Assembly: GCF_001194135.2 (NCBI RefSeq)
Contig: NC_068983.1
Coordinates: 78,303,639 to 78,367,638, forward strand
DNA from: Octopus bimaculoides
Taxonomy: Eukaryota
Reading direction: 5' to 3'
Length of the DNA: 64,000 bases
Shown piece after piece: positions 26,970 through 40,526 of this stretch. The position numbers and the translations under genes are program-made. The stretch's first letter is position 1. Each line of letters begins with the position of its first letter. The notes beneath the pieces were generated by a model. That model was not told the DNA's origin. It saw only the letters and a list, made by a program, of their open reading frames with translations, and made no database searches.

Positions 26970-29300
26970 TCTCACAGCAACAATGCTCTTCTTAATACAG
27001 GTAAAGTACCAGTTAAAACAATCTTTTGCAATTCTTGCATGGATGATAACCCAGGGATCATTCTCAAATAATTTTCAGTTCCTTTTTTCATCATTCAAAG
27101 TACTCTTACAATCACTGGTATTATAACTGCCTTAAGATGCCACATTTTTTTCAGTTTCATTCACCAAATCTTTATATTTTCTAAACTTGTCAAATTTTCT
27201 TGCCAAGATATTATAATCACATGTCAATCAATAAACAGATTCTATTGTTTTGCTCTTTCACAACAATATCCAGTTTATTAGCTTTGATGGTTCTGTTGAT
27301 ATGTACTGAAAATCCCAAAGAATCATTACATTTTCTTCCTCATTTACAGCTTCATGGTGATGTTTATATGACTTATCACGAGTTTTGATTTTAAAATGCT
27401 GACATATTAACCAGTGTAGATATTGGCTCTGTTATGTCTTGGCTTATACTCTTTAAGTGCTTAAACTTTGCATCCAGAGATTAGGTGGTCCATCGTTTTA
27501 ATCTCATCATTGCAGCATTGGAAATTTGGATCTACTCCATTTTCTGTTACCTTGACTTCATAGTTTCAGGTCAATAATCTTTGATTTTAAGCGGCTAAGA
27601 TGAAGTTTTTGCTCACTGCCTTTTGTCCTGATGAGTATGCTCCATAGCCACTGATGAGTATGCTTCTAGTCAACATCAGCTTGTCTGCTACAGGCCACAT
27701 AATTACCACTAGCTTAAAAACCACCCAATGGGGTGGCTTTTAAGCTAGTATATAGCTTTTAAGCAACTGACTCTGAATGAGAAGATCTGCAAACAGATCT
27801 CTGACTTGTTTTGGAGAATTTGTTGCAATTGTTTCCTCTAGAGTTATATCCCACTGGGCAGCTAGAGACAATATGATTTATTGTTTCTTGTCCATCTCTA
27901 CATATTCTGCAGTTACTTATGCTTCTACCACCTTCTATATGCTGTATATATAACCTTTCTATGTCAAATTTTGAGTGGGGTGCATCCTAAATCCTGTCAT
28001 TATTTTTCTTGTTTTCCTGTCTATTTTGATTAGTTCATTTAGAGTTGAGTTAAGGATATTGTAGCTTTAACTTATAACTGGGACAGCTGAAGTGTTGATA
28101 CCTATTATCTTGTTTTTTGCATTCAGCCCTATTTTCAGTATCAATCTAACTCATCTATAGTATTCTTTTCTTATTTTCTCTTTTGTTTGTGTGTGTTGTA
28201 TCCTATCTAGTTCATTGATTATTAAATATTTGTTTGTCTGGCTTTAGTCTAATTCTCTTATTTCATTTGCTTTGTCTAGTATGATGTTGCTACTCTTAAC
28301 AAGGTTTCCTCTTTTCAAGGTTGCTTTGGCCCATTTTCCTAAGTCAAATTTCATATTTCTTTATTGGTAAATCCATGTACTGTCTGTAGTAATGTTTCCA
28401 GCTGTTTATTATTTGTAGCGTACAGTTTTAGGTCATCCATATATAAGATGTGGTTGATTGGTTCGTCGTAACATTTGTATCGCATCCATTCCTGTTTAGC
28501 ATGTCAGATAAAAGTGTCAGTGCCAAGCAGAAAAGGAGTGGAGAGAGAGTATCTCCCTGGAATATTCCTCTACTAATGGGATGTCTTTGGTTTTTATGAG
28601 TCCATCTTTTGCTTGGAGCTGTAGAACTGTCTGCCATTTATTCATAGAGTGCTGTATATATTTTATGATTATTGTTCATAGCTAGTGTTTCTAGGATCCA
28701 TGTTTAGGGAATAATATCAAAAGCCTTTCAGTAATCGATCCAGGCCATACTTAGACCTTTCTTCTCTCTGCGGCTGTCATCAGTTATATATTTATTGATC
28801 ATTAGTTGATCTTTACAGCCTTATGAGCCCTTGCAGCATCCCTTCTGTTCTTCTGGAAACAGGTTGTTTTCTTCCAGATGATTGCTCATTCTCTGCGATA
28901 TTATTGCAGTAAAGGCTTTTTAAATTGTAGGGAGAAAAGTAATTGGTCTGTAATTTTGTAGGTTCGCCATTTCAGTGGATTTGGGAATTAGGATACTTTT
29001 CCCTTCTGTGAGTCATTCAGGCATTGTCTCTGGCTCTGCTAGTATGTCATTATATTTCTCAGCCAGCGTTTTATGTGTCCCTGTTAAGTATTTTAACCAG
29101 AAGTTTTGGATCTTATCGTGACTGGGTACCTTCCAGTTGCTCAGTCTTTCCATTTTTTGTATTCTTGTTTGTGAGAGCAGTTGAGTTTATTTCAGATATT
29201 TTTATTTAAAAAATCATCTCTGGCTAATCGTTGAGAGGATGCTGATGTTGCCTTGGTGGGGGTTTGAGCTCTTTGAGTGCTTTTGTTATTATTGTTAATA
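26970..29300 (-). mobile_element. Long decayed R4/Dong-like LINE
   Basis: RGIFQGDTLSPLLFCLAL and YMDD RT motifs (28428-28637), LWDFQ, C-terminal LRRAL. Confidence 0.8.
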
Positions 29301-29454
29301 AGGCAGCAAGCTGGAGAATCATTGGCATAAAAGAGAAAATGCTTAGTGGCATTTGCCCATCGCTATTCTATGATTTCAAAGTTGACTTTGTTTTTAATCC
29401 TTTAGAAGTTAATAAAATGCATTCCAGTGAAGTACTGGAGTCACTGTAATATAC

Positions 29455-29475
29455 TACTACTACTACTACTACTAC

Positions 29476-29531
<56 letters not shown>

Positions 29532-29585
29532 TGAATAATAATAATAATATGAATAATAATAATAATGATAATAATAATCATAATA
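29455..29585. repeat. (TAC)n/(TAA)n microsatellite
   Basis: Direct reading. Confidence 0.95.
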
Positions 29586-29815
29586 TAGAAAGAATTTGAC
29601 AAGATCACTAAATATAGACTTGCTAATAGAAATTGAAAAAATGTGGCACCTCAAGGCAACTACCATACCAGTGATTGTAGGATCTCTAGGAATGATAAAA
29701 AAAGGTACTGAAACCTATTTGAAAATGATACCAGGCTTACCATCCCTACAGGAAGTGCAAAAATCGTGCTAACTGGAATGACTCATGTACTGAGAAGAGC
29801 ATTATCGCTGTGAAA
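29585..29815 (+). mobile_element. R4/Dong-like C-terminal fragment
   Basis: EIEKMWHLKATTIPVIVGSLGMI...LRRALSL*; follows (TAA)n. Confidence 0.75.
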
Positions 29816-29981
29816 ACAACATCCATTCATGAATTTTTTTTTTTTTCTTAAATACATGTTTTACCTGTGAATTTGCGTGTGTAAACTGGGAATGCATACA
29901 ACGAGTTTCTCTGCCTTAGGTGTACGGAAAACACTCGGCGAGAAATGGAAGAAAATTTGAAGAAAGAAGAAAAATAACAAC

Positions 29982-30012
<31 letters not shown>

Positions 30013-30015
<3 letters not shown>

Positions 30016-31030
30016 CACAGCATTAGAGCAGAAGAAAACAACATAGCATGGTATGTAAAAAATGCCATAGAATGACTATTATTAGAAGTAGGAAGGTCAG
30101 ACTTGTGTAGGATGACAGATTGCAAAGATAAAGCACTATACAAGAAACTGAAAACGAATGAAACAGAAAATAGGTGGGTAAAGAAAAGAATGCATCATCA
30201 ATTTCATAGGGATGCTGAAGATTAGACAGATAGAGAAAAAAGATGGCTGTGGATGACTAAAAGTGATTTAAAACCGGAAACGGAGGCCCTAATCTGTGCT
30301 GCCCAAAAGCAAGCACTAAGAACAAACTACATAACATACAGAATAGACAACACAGCAGAAAGTGATAAGAGCAGAATCTGTGGACAAAATGGTAAAACCG
30401 TGTGGCATATTACAAGCCAATGTATGTCACTAGCCCAGAAGAAATATAAGAGATGCCACAACAATATAGCCAAGCTTGTCCATTGGACACTTTGCAACAA
30501 ATATGGACTTGACAGAGCATAAAATTGGTACGACCACAAACCTGAAAGCATTGTCGAAAATAGAAATGCAAAGATCCTACAGGATTTTATGATTCAGTGC
30601 GACCACGAGATTAAGAATAGGAAGCCCGACATAGTCCTAATTGAGAAAGAAAACAAACTATGCTGGATCATAGACATAGCATGCCCAGCCGACAACAAGG
30701 TATGCGATAAGGAAGAAAGAAAAGTTGAGAGATATGACAGGTTAGCTTGGGAGGTTAAGCAGTTGTGGCCGATGAAAAAGGTAGCAGTAGTACCAATAAT
30801 TGTCGGAGCTTTGGGAACAGTGAGCAAAAAATTCGAAAAGTATGTGGAACAAATAGGGGCTGCAATAAGGGTGGAGCACTTGCAGAAAACAGCACTGCTT
30901 GGGACCGCTCAAATACACCAGAAAGTACTCGAAAAATAAGAGTTGTTACCTTAGTTCAGTGGTAGTGAACAGCTAACACTGTAATACATCTCGAGCGTTA
31001 GAAACTGTGCAAAGGCAACAATAATAATGT
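30013..31030 (+). mobile_element. R4/Dong-like LINE 3' fragment
   Basis: Track ORFs 30253..30522 and 30589..30939 (KPETEALICAAQ, RKPDIV, IDIACP, LLGTA); follows (TAA)n. Confidence 0.88.
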
Positions 31031-31775
31031 TAATACTGATTTATTTGCAAGGGAGATATAACAAGATTTATTAGATTCCTGCTTTTTTGAAAGGTATAGC
31101 CAAGAAAGTGAAGTTGATTAACTTTTGCTATGAATTGAAATGAATTTGTAAAATTATATTCCTGCACAACTGCTTCCCTGTTGTAATACTCACTCCTCAT
31201 AAATCATTTTATAATGATTTTTGCTATATCTGTTTGTGTTTTCCATCATAAATGGAATGAACTATGATCTCAAACATAGGCAGAAAAACCAGACATTTGA
31301 GGAGTAGTGTGCAGTTATAACTGGTACTTTACTGATACTTATTTTACCAAATTTGGATGAAAGACAATGTCAGCAAGATTCAAATCTGAGAACATGAAGA
31401 GACATTCTGCAAAGCATTCAATTCAGTGTTGTACCAGATAAGCCAATCATCATTTTTATATTGGAGAAAGAGTGATAACAATTTTGCAAAGATATACAAA
31501 TGAGAATAATGATTTAATAATTTGACATTAAAGGGAAGTGTATGGAATAGTCATAGTATTTGTGTCTTTCTGATATAGATTAGTGAAGTGATTAATGTTC
31601 TGCTTGATAGAATTCTTAGAGACATTAAACTGAAGTAATGCTTCATCTTGCAGACAAGTAAACTACAGCAAATTAACCACAACTGGTCACATTTTAGGTG
31701 CCAGACTGCGAAATCGAGTAGTTAATTTAAATTCTGGCAGCACAGACATTTCACCCTGTCTGGATAATATTTATC

Positions 31776-31995
31776 CCCACTTAAATGTAGATGTTCTGTG
31801 AGAACAAACTATACTGCCATAGATAACATGAGAGAACCTCTCATTGGCTTTTGGTGCAAAACACACTTTTGTTCACCTCCCCTGCTAGTGATATGAACAA
31901 GAGTACATTTTGCATCAAAAGCAGATATGAGAGTCCCTCTCATGGTATCTATCACAGTATAGTTTGTCCTAAAAGAACATCCACATTTAAGTGGG
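31776..31995. mobile_element. Foldback (MITE-like) element
   Basis: About 100-bp inverted arms (cccacttaaatgt...ttgttca) around an 18-nt loop. Confidence 0.7.
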
Positions 31996-33822
31996 CAAGT
32001 CTTGCATTTTAGGTGATTTGAACCTGGAAATGAAATTTATCATGCATCTATGTTGTTGTGTTTGTTGAATGTTATATTGCATTTGTCTGGGTCAAATAAA
32101 ATAATTGATAAACTTATAATGCTTCTGGGATAGTTAGAACTGCTTTTGCATATCAGTAATTCTCCTATTTGTGTATATGTAGTTGCATATTCTGTATTGG
32201 TTATGACATTTATTGGCCATGAATTATACCAAATTATTTCTATATTAAAATGTGTTAAAATGAACATTGATTAAGCTATGTATTATCAACATTGGTCAAT
32301 TTAAACACATGAATTCTCAAAATACCTATGCCAAGCTTTCTATTTAAATTATATATGAAATATGCTAAATATCAATAGTAATTAAATATGAGAAATATGA
32401 GATGTGGTAGGTTTATGAAATTAATAAAAGCAGTGTAAGAAATCAAAATATAACATCAATTAAAGCAACATCAATTCAGACAGGATTAATGTTTGTAAAG
32501 ATCCGTAAAGATCCTTCCTTTACAGGAAAATATTGTCTTCTTTCTTTCATAAACATTGAAGCCAATAACTGTCAATATGTGAACAGCTACTGCAAACCTC
32601 TGCCAACAATTTAGCATTGCTCAAATTAAATGAAACATTTCCCTGACAAAGAGCAACTGCAAGCATTGAAAAATGTTGTAAGAATTTATAAGATTAATCT
32701 TGAAGCAGATTAATTGCTGGAAGCCTCATATAATATGCAAGCTTTTGAAAGAGAACAAATTATTCTCTATTGATTTCCCCTTCATTTTGCCAAAACTATG
32801 AAACAGGTATCTCAACAAACAATTTTAAGTTCTATTGAATAAAGTGCTAACACTGAAAAGAAAAAATGTTTTCTATTCTATGAATATAAGTGTTTAATTA
32901 GTAACATAAAGCAAGCAACAGAAAATACTAAAATCTTTAGCTCTATTGTTGGTCTCATGAGAAAACAGAACTACATTTACTACAATAATATAAGACAATA
33001 GTGGAAATTTTGATGTTATTAACTTTTATTGCTTATTGTACAAAATATCTCTATTGAAATTGTTATTATTCAGATCGCAATCCTTATCAATCATATCATC
33101 ATTACGATCATTATATTATTATTTCATTATCATCACTGTTGCTATTAATATAGACAATTTTTCACTGAAATTTAAAGTTTGATTTTCTAAGCCCTGTTGA
33201 TGAGATATGTGATACTCAAAATATCCTATTCCTATTCTGTTTTATATATTCATTTTTTCAGGAAGGCCTAACAACATTTAATAGAAAGCCCAACGAGGTT
33301 TAGGAAATGTTATTAACCAGTATATCATTAAAGAAAAGAAAGATTAATATCCCATAACAGAAATATATGAATATCAATAACTTTATTAATAATATTGTTG
33401 TTGCCATTATTATTGTAGATGATGTTGTTATTGTTGTTGTTATTGTTGCTGCTGCTGCTGTTGTTGTTGTTGTTGTAAATAACTTTTTAAATAGTTATCA
33501 TTGCTTTTATTACCACTAGAACCCATTCATGTGTACTAAAAACATATTACAAAGATATTACATGTAAAGATGTACAAAGCTTTCTAAAAATGGCTGTAAA
33601 GAACTAAAATGTCTTTATTTATGAATTTATTGAAAAATGATTAATAAAAATATATAAAGACTTAATATAATTAAAAGAGGGCAATTCACCTAAACGCAAG
33701 TGAGAAACCACAACATGAGTTAGAGCACAGTGGTGGTCAGCATTTATATGCATGGCAAAATTAAGAGCAGATTTTAGTCTGTGTTGTGTGTGTGTGTGTG
33801 TGTATGTATATGTGTATGTATT

Positions 33823-33855
<33 letters not shown>

Positions 33856-33944
33856 ACTCGTATGTGTGTGTATATCTATGTGCTAGTATATATGTGCTTG
33901 TATATATGTATATGTGCATGTATGTAAATATGTGTGTGTGTGTG

Positions 33945-33985
<41 letters not shown>

Positions 33986-34199
33986 ATGTGTGCATGCGTG
34001 CATGCATGCATGATTGTGTATATCTTTTATCTTTTACTTGTTTCAGTCATATTAGACTGTTGCCATACTGGAGCAATGCTTTAAAGAATTTTAGTCAAAT
34101 AAATCAACCCCAGTACTTATTTTATTTTTTTAAGCTGGTACTTATTCTATTGGTCTGTTTTGCTGAACTGCTGTATATATATATAAATCTTGTATATAT

Positions 34200-35600
34200 A
34201 TAAACTCAACCAACCATAGCACCATTCCTTTGGGGGTAATTTTTCAATATTTGCAGTAAAATAAGCATTAATTTTTTCATTCTAATGCTTTGTTTTCCTT
34301 TCTTTGCAGATTACATTATACCATAGTAGTTACATATATATTGATTTCGCCACTTTAAAATGGATTTAGATCAGACCCATATCAGACACTGTATGCTATA
34401 TGAATTCAAAACGACCCTTCAGTAATAGAAGTGGCAAGAAATATTTGTTCTGCTTGGGAAAATAAAGTTCAGACATCCAAACAATGATTTTGTCAGATTT
34501 GTTGTGGTAATTTTCCTACAGTAGATTCCCCACGATCAAAATAATGTAGTTCTGTTAATATTGAGCCTCAGAATTCTGCAATTGGAAAAAAAATCCAACG
34601 TAAGCTGTATGATAAGTGGCAAGACAGTTGAATTTAAGTCTTCGTGCCAGTGACACATAAAAGCACCCACTACATTCTCGGAGTGGTTAGCGTTAGGAAG
34701 GGCATCCAGCTGTAGAAACTCTGCCAAATCAGATTGGAGCCTGGTGTAGCCATCTGGTTCACCAGTCCTCAGTCAAATCGTCCAACCCATGCTAGCATGG
34801 AAAGAAGACGTTAAACGATGATGATGATCATCATCATCATCATCATCATCATCAATCATCTTCAGGAAGAACTGAAGAAGCATCATCTGACTGATTCTCA
34901 GCTAAACTAAAACACTGATGTTTGCTCACCATTAAAGAGATGACTTGCTACCAAACCTTTCCTTGGTGGTATCATTGCAAGAGATGAAAAAAAAAATGAG
35001 TTCTTTATAGTTATATCCAATGAAAAGAACAATGGTTAGCACCCAATAAAAAAAGGAGACTCCCAACCAGAACTACACTCCAGAAAGTTGTGCTCTGTGT
35101 TTGGTGTAAATGTGAAGGGTATCAGATATCATAAGGTGTTAAAACAAAGCAAAAAGGTATTTTTATCACTTGAAAGCATTGCAGAAAAATTTACTGGAAA
35201 GGTGCCCTTCATTAGTCAGTCATGAAGTGGTGCTGCTCTTGCATGATAATGCCAGACCACATAATGGCCAAGTCATTCAGAAAAAGGTTCTGGCACTAAA
35301 CATGGTGGATATGACTTATCCATTTACTCTGTCGATCTTGCTCCAGCAGACTATCATCTTTTCAGATTATTGCACGATTATTTTGAGAGAAACTAGTTTA
35401 TTATTTGTGAAGAGATAAAAAAACTATATTGAATATTTCTGTGCTTCAAAGACCTCAAGAACTTTATGCTTGAGAGATCAATGATTTACCAAAGAGATGG
35501 TATTATGTTATCAATAATGAGAGGTGTATCTTGATTAAATATATCAGAGAAGACCAAAGAAGTACTTGTTTCTTTCCCATCTTGAAATATTACAGGTCTT
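34200..35600 (+). mobile_element. Decayed mariner of a different family, interrupted by an RTE 3' end
   Basis: MDLDQTHIRHCMLYEF at 34360; LLHDNARPH (track ORF 35170..35418); DYHLF. Left boundary uncertain. Confidence 0.75.
34640..34855 (+). mobile_element. RTE 3' end inserted in a mariner
   Basis: ...catgctagcatggaaag...gttaaacgatgatgat tail. Confidence 0.8.
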
Positions 35601-35619
35601 TCTTTCTAACTTAATATAT

Positions 35620-36285
35620 ACATAGGTGTGACCATGGCTGCATGGTTAAGAAGTTTACTTCTCAGCAATGTGGTTTCAGGTTTGGTCCTACTGTGTACTA
35701 ACTTTGGCAAGTATCTTCTATGTCCCAGAAAACAAAAGCCTTGTAAGTGGGTCTGATAAATGGAAGATGAAATAAACCTACAGTATATATATTCATTCTT
35801 TTATTTGTTTCAGTCATTTGACTGCAGCCATGCTGGAGCACCACCTTGAAGGGTTTTAGTCAAACAAATAGACCCCAGGATTTGTTTTCTAAGCCTAGTA
35901 CCTATTCTATCGGTGTCTTTTGCTGAACGACTATGTTACAGAGCATAAACACACCAACACCGGTTGTCAAGTAGTGATGGGAACAAACACACACACATAT
36001 CATATATATATACGACGGGCTTCTTTCAATTTCCATCTTTTAAATCCACTCACAAAGCTTTGTTCAGCCTGAGGCTATAATAGAAGACACTTGCCCAAGG
36101 AGCCACACAGTGAGACTGAACCCAGAACCATGTAGACGGGAAGCAAGCTTCTTACCACACACCCACTCCTGTAAGTTTTAGTTGGTAATACAGCAAAAGA
36201 AACTGATAGAATAATTACTGGAGTCAAGCTATACTCCAGGATGGTCACAGTTCATTAACTGAAATAATTACAAGAGCAAAGGAAA
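35620..36285. mobile_element. Minus-strand SINE copy (about 35795-36170) nested in a plus-strand copy
   Basis: Plus-strand head at 35620-35785, inverted full copy, then plus-strand tail at about 36190-36285. Confidence 0.65.
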
Positions 36286-36319
36286 CAAAGTTAAGTAAAT
36301 GGCTTGTTTCACTCGTGAC

Positions 36320-37200
36320 AACCACTATCATCATCGTCTTCGTGTAACGTCTGCTTTCCATGCTGACATGGGTTGGATGGTATGACTGAGGACTGGTGAG
36401 CCAGAAGGCTACACCAGGCTCCAATCTGATCTGGTAAAGTTTCTACTGCTGGATGCCCTTCCTAATGTCAACCACTCCGAGGGTGTAGTGGGTGCTTTTT
36501 GCATGCCACCAGCATGTGGGCCAGTCAGCTGGCACTGGCATCAATCACACTTGAATGGTGCTTTTTACATGCCACAGACATGGATGCCAATCAGGCTGTC
36601 ATCAGCCATGGGAATGACTTCACTTGACTCAACAGGTCTTCACAAGTGCAGTTTATTGCTCAATGATTAAAGGGTACTCTTAAACGGGCTCGTTATGCTT
36701 CACTGGCATAGGCCATGGTTATGATCTCACTTGGTTTGCCAGGTTGTCTCACTTGCACACCACTTGTGATGCTTCTTATGTCCAACTTTTCTCTCAGGGC
36801 ACTTACACTCTGTCATGTATGCACACTGACATTACACATCCAGCGGAGCATACTAGCTTCATTCTTAACCCAAACTTACACATGTCCTCAGCAGGCATGG
36901 CCTATGCTACACTCTCAGAGCATCCCCCACTGGTTATTGACTTGGTCACATAGGTAATGGAAACTATCACCTACTTGTAGTTTTTCCCCTTGGCATGTGA
37001 CAGAAGCTGTTTTCTGCACATTTTCAGTGTTTATTGCCCCTGAGCATTTGCCACACACAAAAACTATCTTCCCAGTTAGCCTTCCATTGATATTGCTGTA
37101 CCTCTTGTTCATCCATAGCTTACACTGGGTACATCCTATGGAGTTTTTACCTATGCCTTTTCTACAGATCGAACAGGGCCATCATATTCTAAATGTACCC
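36320..37200 (-). mobile_element. RTE-clade LINE 3' fragment
   Basis: Track ORF 36915..37112 (CGKCSG...GEKLQVGDSFHYL) plus the same 3' UTR. Confidence 0.8.
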
Positions 37201-37626
37201 GATCTGGTTCTCAACAAAATCTCTCAAACGATTGCAGAAAATATTTTGAATCTGAAAATATAGTCTAGAGTTGAAAGATCAGCAACAAAACAGTGAAGTT
37301 AAAGAAACATTAGGTTGCTCTGATTAGATCCAAGAAAGCTATAAACCACTTTGTTACCACTAATCCTCGAGTTATGCTTTCAAATATCTCTGAAAACGTT
37401 TTTACAAATTATTGAAATGAAAAATTAAAATGGTCTTGCATTTATAAATCATTTAAAATCTGTAAACCATGTATAGAACAATCTTTGTAGTAGCTTCTGA
37501 TAAATTACATAACCTCTAAGTGTCTAAGGCATTTTAATGTGCTGTAGTATCACCACATGGGATAAGATATTATAATTTTGACATCAAAGATTCTGCATCA
37601 AATCATTCCTGTTTCACATTACTTAC

Positions 37627-37688
37627 AAATTTTTTCTCTCAAACTTTCTTGAAACAGACATTCATTTTCTTTGCACTTTGACTCTTCA
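37627..37688 (-). CDS. Putative 62-nt exon (EESKCKENECLFQESLREKI), phase 2 to 1
   Basis: Acceptor tttcactcattaatcag, donor TTT|GTAAGT. Only one frame is open. Confidence 0.5.
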
Positions 37689-38469
37689 CTGATTAATGAG
37701 TGAAATATAATACACAGTTTCGATTATCTTATTTAAGTAGTACATTATTATTTATTGTTTTTTAAATATTGTTTTGTATTTTCATAAATATTCCATTTCA
37801 AAAGCATATTGTTAGTAGCGTTAGCTAATTTTCAAACTGAAATATATAATTGAGTTATTGAGTTAACTTTTAGAATTGTAAATATTTTATTTTCCTTTGG
37901 CTATTGTAACATAAAATGTTTATAGAAATAAATGCTCATAGTTCCAAGCCAAATATTCAGATATTTCAAATTCATATTGAAAAACATGTAAATTTGGCTT
38001 TTTCTAACCTCTTTGTGATGAAGAATATTTTTTTGTTCAAAAACATTTTTAAAATGCTATAAAAATGCTAACTGCATGAGTGTCAAGAACCAATATTTTA
38101 TAGGATGAAAAAATAAATAATGCATTGGTGATTACATGGTATATGCAAACTTATTTTTTCTCATTAAGAAGAAAGTCTAAAGTTAAAATGGTTTGCATGA
38201 TAGCATAATATGAATTTTTACAGTTCTTTTCTTAATTGGAATGCATTTTAAGTTTTATTATATTTTATTTAGATGTATAGAAGACTTAGAAAAATTACAG
38301 GCTTCCCTTCATCTTAAAGCTAAAGCATTTTTAAAAATATTGTTAGCTAAAAGTTCTGACAATAATGCAGGGTTGACAACGCATCTTCAGGATCACACAG
38401 TTTAGGAATTGAGAAACTTTGAATCACAAAAATATATTTAGCTCTCATTAGAAAATCTTTCAAATTTAC

Positions 38470-38501
38470 AAAAGTATTTTTAAGCAAGCAGTGTAGTCCA
38501 T
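38470..38501 (-). CDS. Putative 32-nt exon (MDYTACLKIL), phase 0 to 2
   Basis: Acceptor ccatttcacag, donor TTT|GTAAAT. Phases join the 40.0 kb and 37.6 kb exons without a stop. Confidence 0.35.
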
Positions 38502-39959
38502 CTGTGAAATGGCTTTGCTTAATATGTATAAAGTTGTGTTTTGAAGGCAAGTAATGGGTGCATAAAATAGTTTCAGTGAGATATACAGAAGACTGACAGC
38601 GAAGCAGAGCTTTTAGTATAATAGATGCTTGAGAAGAGTTAACACAAATTGGAAATGGATGTAGATGTAAGAAAAGTCAAGTAGTTGGGTTAGGTAAAGA
38701 GAGGGAAATTACAGTATGGTATTACTTCTTTTGACAATGAAAGGCTTATCATATTGAACAAAAAATGCAGTTTGCATGAATGTGTAAGGAATATGATGCT
38801 ATATGGACTCACTGTCATGGGACATGACTATTGAATGGAAAGACCAGCAGAGGTTCAACAGAAATGAGGCCAACATAATCTGTTGGATGAGCATACTCTC
38901 TCTGATATGTACATAATAAACAGAAAAGCAGTCAGGTATTAAAGGCACTGGCTAAAGTGTAACAGTAACAACTGCAATGTTATGAATATTTGATATGAAA
39001 GATAGTATGTACTCAGAGAAAAATTGGAATGTTCTTAGTGAAAGAAGACTATAAAAGACGAGGAAAGAAGTATTGTGATTAGAACTAAAAATATTTGGCC
39101 TCATAGAAGAGATGGTGAAACACTAATATGCTGTATGATATATTTGTTAATGCAAAATCATCCTCATCATCATTTTTCTATTTTGGAATTTTTCATAACT
39201 AAGTCAGGAAGAGAAGGAGTAGCATGCATGACATTTCCAAGTATTCCCAAACTTATGAGTTTGATGTGGCTATTGTTCATTCAGAACATCTGTAGGACAA
39301 TGCCTGTGAGAGAAATGTTGAGAGAGAGAGAAGTAATTTTAATGAGTTCTGTTTGAAGGAAAATAAGGTAGAATTTTGCAACTGGAGTTTGGGAGTTCAG
39401 ACACTGAACAGGTGATGTTAGGAAGAGAGATAGGAAGTTAGTTTGATAGGTCTAAGTAGTGACAGAACAGCTATTTTATTTAGAAGAGCAGAGGTCATTG
39501 TAGTAGTGATAGAAAGAGCAGAGAAAAGAAAACAACATTGTTCAACTATTGATTAAAGTATAATGTCGAATGAATCATTGCCAATAAGTTGAATGACCTA
39601 TTGGTTACAATTCAATACGTAGCACCAAATACAAGATGCGAGCAGTGTTGCAGTGTTTGTCTTACTTGAACTTTTTAAAGGGTTTTCTATGGATCAGCTG
39701 ATGTTGTTTAGCCCTAGGTCTACCTTGATTAAACAGACCTAATTTTGTATATGACAGACCTATTAACCAATGTCTCCTTCATTTTGTAAGTTAGTAGGGT
39801 GGAGTGTAAGTAAATATGCCTGCTTTTTTAATCAAGTCAAAGGATTATATAGAATCCCTCTTATTCCCTCATAAGTTATAGAGTATTCTAGTTAATGAGG
39901 TTCTATTTCTGATGGAAACAAACATTTTGAGCCTGTTTTGTGTTTGTCCATAAATTTAC

Positions 39960-40081
39960 CTCTTTCACATAGTCATGAAGCAAATCAAAACTGATTGTAC
40001 CCTCTTCCATACAGAAAGCAGCAAAATGATTTTCACAATGCATCCAGCTAACATTTGGACATGCGCTACTTGTGATAACTG
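39960..40081 (-). CDS. Putative internal exon (VITSSACPNVSWMHCENHFAAFCMEEGTISFDLLHDYVKE), phase 1 to 0
   Basis: Acceptor gtatttaatag (NAGNAG), donor GAG|GTAAAT, 122 nt open. Lies within track ORF 39903..40094. Confidence 0.6.
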
Positions 40082-40461
40082 CTATTAAATACAATTACAC
40101 AGCAATTCATATACATTGGGTATGTGGAGATCAGGTTTCTAAAATTAAGAGTTAGCATTGGAACAGTGTCAGTAAACAGGTCACAGATGTACAACAAAAA
40201 CATTTGACATCTCATGAATTGAATTTAGAGTACATTAACAGTTTTATATTATCAAATAGCTATATTAACTATTCTATGATGTAACTGCTCCAGTTTTTTA
40301 TAATTCTCTCTGAATGGTGTTGTTAATAAAAATTCTGCCCTAAAGACTGAAATAAAATATTCTTATTTTAACAATAGGAGGATCAATGATTGCCCACAGG
40401 TACAATTGACCAACATGATTGAGTTGGCAACTGCATTCATAGGGTAACATCCTGACAGTTT

Positions 40462-40526
40462 AATGCAAAAACAAGGATAATGCAAAAACAAGGATATTGC
40501 AAAAACAAGGATAATGCAAAAACAAT
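40462..40526. repeat. 17-bp tandem repeat x3.7
   Basis: Unit aatgcaaaaacaaggat. Confidence 0.9.

Noticed and set aside
27628-27665. Two CTGATGAGT motifs
   Set aside because: Short duplication inside the coding remnant of an R4-like LINE on the opposite strand; no GAAA or stems.
32040-32267. 75-aa minus-strand ORF with an acceptor
   Set aside because: No convincing donor, and joining to the 37627 exon yields TAA.
34290-34330. Strong plus-strand acceptor (ttctttgcag)
   Set aside because: Lies in the 5' leader of a mariner and is followed by a stop after a few codons.
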